Shown here: positions 59,868-64,000 of the stretch, one piece after another
Layout of the letters: each line of letters starts with the position of its first letter
Numbering within the stretch: position 1 is the stretch's first letter
DNA from: Cycas panzhihuaensis
Taxonomy: Eukaryota > Plantae > Cycadophyta
DNA length: 64,000 nucleotides
Assembly: GCA_023213395.1 (NCBI GenBank)
Contig: CM041465.1
Span: 173,049,741 to 173,113,740 of the forward strand
Direction of reading: 5' to 3'
Notes under the pieces: model-generated
The model's database searches: none
Told to the model about the DNA's origin: nothing
The model's input: only the letters and a program-made list of their open reading frames with translations
Position numbers and translations under genes: made by a program

Positions 59868-62811
59868 TGTAGCATTCCAAAATGAAGATAAAGTCGATTT
59901 TTGAAGATGAAATCGATTTTTAAATATAGGGAGAATTATTATTTAATTATATTATTATGAAGTCAATTTTTTTAAGAGAGAGTTAGGAATCAGTTTTAGA
60001 GAGAAATAAAGGCTATAAATAGGGAAGCCTTGTTCATTTGTATTCATTTTGGAGAATTTCTTATTGTAAGGAATAATGGCCCTGTGCCATTAGGGCACAC
60101 CGTCCCAAACTGGAGGATAGCTCTTGCCTCAAAGAGGGTACCAACACTAATGGATATTGTATCAGGTTTTTGCTTTTATTATTCATTATTTATTACATTA
60201 ATTGTTGTTAATATCAATGTATAAGCAATGTAATGTGTGGACAATTGAGTTCTTTGCCTGGGAATGATTATTATTGATGTTCTGTTGCCATGAAAGTATC
60301 AATATATGCTATGAATATTACTCATTTCTACTGCATTTGAATTGGGCCCACTACAACTAGTGTCAAAGCCGACTTGTTGACTATTTTATCAGCAATTCAG
60401 ATCATACCTCCTGTGTGATGGGGTTGTCACAAAGGCAAGAAAAAATGGGTATGTAAACACCTATGTGTAGCTTGTAATTAGAGATCATCATGGAGAAAAT
60501 TCAGAGAGAACACCACCTCAATGAGGAGTCAAAGCAAGAAGGGATATTATCCAAATTTCGAAGGACACTACCATAAGGGAGTTGCAGAAGCATCATGCAG
60601 GGTAGCCGAACAAGCATCCAACAATAAATCAGGCCGCAGTTTGGGTGATTCTGATGCCAAGTTGAGATCTAAAGGAGGGTACAGTTCCAAGTGTAGGCAT
60701 ATTTTGTATTATGCAATTGTACTTTCGTTCACACTAGGGCATTGCAGTGCAAGTGTTTCACTTCATTAGAGGCCAAAATCATCGAAGTTTTTGTGGGATC
60801 TAGATGCAAGAGTGCCATTAGCCAGAGGAGTAAAACACAGAGGCAGATTCATCATCACCAAGCATGAGTCATCTAGTGGTAGAGTATTACTCAAGCCAAG
60901 ATCAAGCAAGAACAAGAACGCAAAAAAATCTCCGTAGCCATAGGCATAATATCCTTATTAGCCACACTAGATCAATGTTAAAATCATGAACCGATGGAAA
61001 AATTCGAAGTAGAATCCATTTTGAGAGCAGATATACATGCAGAAAATTGCAGATAGAGTCACAAACATTTGATTAAATGTCAAAGAAATTTTGTGGGAGA
61101 TTCCTCCCCTCCCCCAAGGTATCAGATCGCATTGTCATCTAAACCATTCAGATCCTAGAAAATTTTAACCCAAAGGAAGGAACAAATGTGACAAAATGGA
61201 CAATAATGTTGGACACCTACTTTGATATTTATCTAACATCAGAAGAAGACAAGCTTGCCTTTGCATCTTAGTATCTAAGGGGCCGCATAGTTAAATAGTT
61301 TAGACAGTTCTACAAAGAACTTCAAGTACACAAAATGGTTCAATTGACCATACTTAAAAATCATGATACATGAGGGTTATGAAAAAGTTTAGAATCAAAC
61401 TACCTATTCCAAATACAACAATAAACAAAAACTTGTAACAAAAACATTAGAATTGCGAAGGGCACATCAAGAGTCTCTTTTAGGGATGCTAGAATAGTCA
61501 TGGTCATTAGCAAAAGATTGAAAAAGTCACCTTCCAAATTGGAATGGAACACATCTAAAAGAGGAACCAAAAAAAGAAATTGAAGATGAACCAGTGCAAA
61601 TGAAAGAACAATGCAAGGATGTCGAAGTTGTAGAAATAACAAAACATTATGAGGCACAATATGCATGAACAACATGAACCTATTAACAAACATCTAGAAA
61701 AGGATCCAATGCAAATTGAAGAATCAAAACCATGGAATGAAGAAGAAACTCAGTTGTCCAAGGAAGAATCTAAGCAACCAAGCAAATCCTATAAGGTACT
61801 CGACATGGTTCTTGATCCTATTTTGCCTGTGTCCAATTCCTCTAGTAATTTCAATTTTCCTCTTTCATTTCCATACTCAATAGTTGTAAGGAAAACCTTT
61901 TCCCATTATCCCATAACTATCCAAACTCCTAAAGTCCTTAACTCTAAATTCTCCGTAGGAAGAATCCTAGTCCCTCTTCACGCCCATAACTCATTTCACT
62001 TCTCACATGCTTCTTCATTCCCTAAGGAATTTTCTCCATAGAATGTTCTAAACCTTCCACTCTCCCTTCATCATGTCTTGCTTCCTAGCTCAAAATTGTC
62101 ATCCCTCTTATAAAAACTTGTCATGTCCATCTCCGCCTTCCAAACTTCCCTATAACCAACACTTTTTACCCCGCATTAATTCCTTCATATAGTTTTACAA
62201 TCGTCTTGGGACCCCCATTAAAACCTTTTTCCCAAAACGAACATCTATCACTAATCCCACTTCCATCTTATTTCCATGAGACCTCTAGTTGTCCAACCAA
62301 CCCCTTATCGAATCAAATTCCAGGTCTCATATACCTCTCACTATACACTTTTTTTGTTCCTATTACCCACACAACAATTTATACTTTGAGAGCAAAGTAT
62401 TCTAAGGGGATGGGAGTTTTTTAATGCCTAATTATGTGAATTTCATTTTTTAGGAGAATAAGGAGTTGTTAATATGAAGTTGGTATTTAGGAGAGAGAAC
62501 AAGAAGTCAGTTTCTAATAACAGATTAAATAGGCCGCATCCTATGGCTATAAATAGGGGAGCACTATTCATTTGTGAGTCATCTTAGAGAAATTGTATCT
62601 AATCTAGAAATGATGGCCTAGAGTCATTAGGGTACTGTTGTGCCATTGGGAGGAAACCCTCACCACTAGGAGGGCAACTATTCTGAGCTTTCATCTAATA
62701 TTATTTTTATTTGCCATTGAAATTCTAATATTATTTATGTGAGATATTTTATAATGTTATTTATGATGTAATTGTTATATTTTCTGTTATATAATTTGTG
62801 GGCCTGCCACA
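59868..62811 (+). mobile_element. Element Q: old gag-only non-autonomous Gypsy derivative (TR-GAG-like)
   Basis: 5' LTR 59868-60355 (tgtagca...ctaca) followed by a degenerate PBS tagtgtcaaagcc at 60358. Gag relic 'FNPKEGTNVTKW..LDTYF..EEDKLAFAS*YLRG' at 61150-61300. PPT aaggggatgggag at ~62404. A strongly diverged LTR-like block lies at ~62418-62811. No clear TSD. Confidence 0.6.
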
Positions 62812-64000
62812 ACATGAAAATTTATCACATTAAAATAAATCAACAATTTGTAGAATGTAGGAAAAGTTCAACACAAAAATTAGATCATGAAGATTCAAAC
62901 ATGTCTTTGGTGGCATCCATTGGGCATGCAGGGGATCCAATTTTCTATTGGGCTCTATTTTTTTTTATTATCCATTAATAGTATGGATTATGGCTAGTAA
63001 TGAGCAACTATGTTATTAACTATACATTAGAGTTTTCCAAGTTAAGATTTGTTTTGACCACTTAAGGTTGTGTTGACCCAACTAGGATTAGATCAAGCTC
63101 ATTAATTAAACCCACCAACACTAAGGTTGCTTATTATAATACATTTTGATAATCCAATTAAGACACAAATTATAATAGATAGGCCCCCATGGAGAAGGCA
63201 TCCTAGAACTACTTCATCTATACGCTAAAGCTTTTCTTTACAGACTCATCCATCTCAAGCAAGACCCTATAGGGCTAGCCCAATGCAAATAGGAAAATTT
63301 GTCATATTTGCACAATGGTTATTATTGTGTCTATTGGATTTTTATCGTTTGAATCTCTTCCCATTATCATTATATTGCCAATGTACTTGCGATGTTTAGG
63401 TTTTATAATGGATTTCTAACTGAAAATGATTGTTGTTACCTTGGAGCACTTTCTTATCCGATGCACAATGTTCTATTATTTTGTCTGGTGTGGACCCAAA
63501 CAATTAATGTTTTTGTCTTAGATACATTAGTTCATGGCATTCTAGATTTTTGCCATTTTGGGACACAACTAAAGCAAACCCGGACTAGGGGTTTTTAAAG
63601 TCAGTCAAGTTAACCAACCTTACTTATGCCTAGTTGAGTCAACACTCCCTTCTGATCAACACAAATGCTAAGAAAAACCCAATACACAATTAATACCATA
63701 AATGCCCAATGCATATTACTAACCCTATTCCACATCATCAATAAATGATATCAAAACCTAAACCAAGTTGATAATTGAATTCACCACAAACAAGATTGTC
63801 CAATTCAATAATCTATTCATCCTCTATATTGGCAGGTTGAAGGACTAGTCTAACAAAAATATAGGGCAATCCTATAAGGAAGCCTATGATCAATCTATTG
63901 CTAAATGTGCATTTGTAACACATTACCCACACATTGCAAATTTTTGAAAATAGTAAAAACCTAGCCTATAGTTTTAGAGCAAGCATGTTAGAAAATAAAA

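Noticed and set aside
63971-63995. gttttagagc, matching the start of the Cas9 repeat/sgRNA scaffold
   Set aside because: Single 10-bp match in AT-rich DNA with no array and no further scaffold identity. Expected by chance.
62815-64000. Terminal 1.2 kb, and 53282-53780, as genes or defined elements
   Set aside because: Only short motif-less ORFs and no termini or repeats I can anchor. Left unannotated.

Overview
This 64-kb window is AT-rich, CpG-depleted eukaryotic DNA, almost certainly intergenic heterochromatin of a large plant genome (a gymnosperm-like host is inferred, not shown). No host gene, RNA gene or CRISPR array is supported. It is a stack of at least 17 transposon insertions, labelled here with arbitrary letters, resolved from LTR pairs, tRNA-Met primer-binding sites (PBS), polypurine tracts (PPT), 5-bp target-site duplications (TSD) and host reading frames that rejoin across inserts. 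There are four nests. (1) An old non-chromovirus Ty3/Gypsy relic (G, 269-10150) whose Gag has five CCHC knuckles, interrupted by a non-coding LTR element (F) and a solo LTR. (2) A four-level nest: Copia D > pol-less Gypsy C > Copia A > very young Copia B. (3) Copia J > Copia K > chromovirus M. (4) Chromovirus relic O interrupted by non-autonomous elements P and Q. A full-length decayed chromovirus (N) and a hAT transposase relic absent from the ORF track are also present. The most notable observations are these. F carries a captured second PBS inside both LTRs. B has near-identical LTRs, but its frameshifts cluster at CAG/CTG sites, which suggests methylation-driven long-read errors in an intact element. 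A palindromic TGACA-NN-TGTCA motif with compensatory changes is shared by several Copia LTR families. I found no convincing wholly new biological system. Identities were counted by eye and are approximate.
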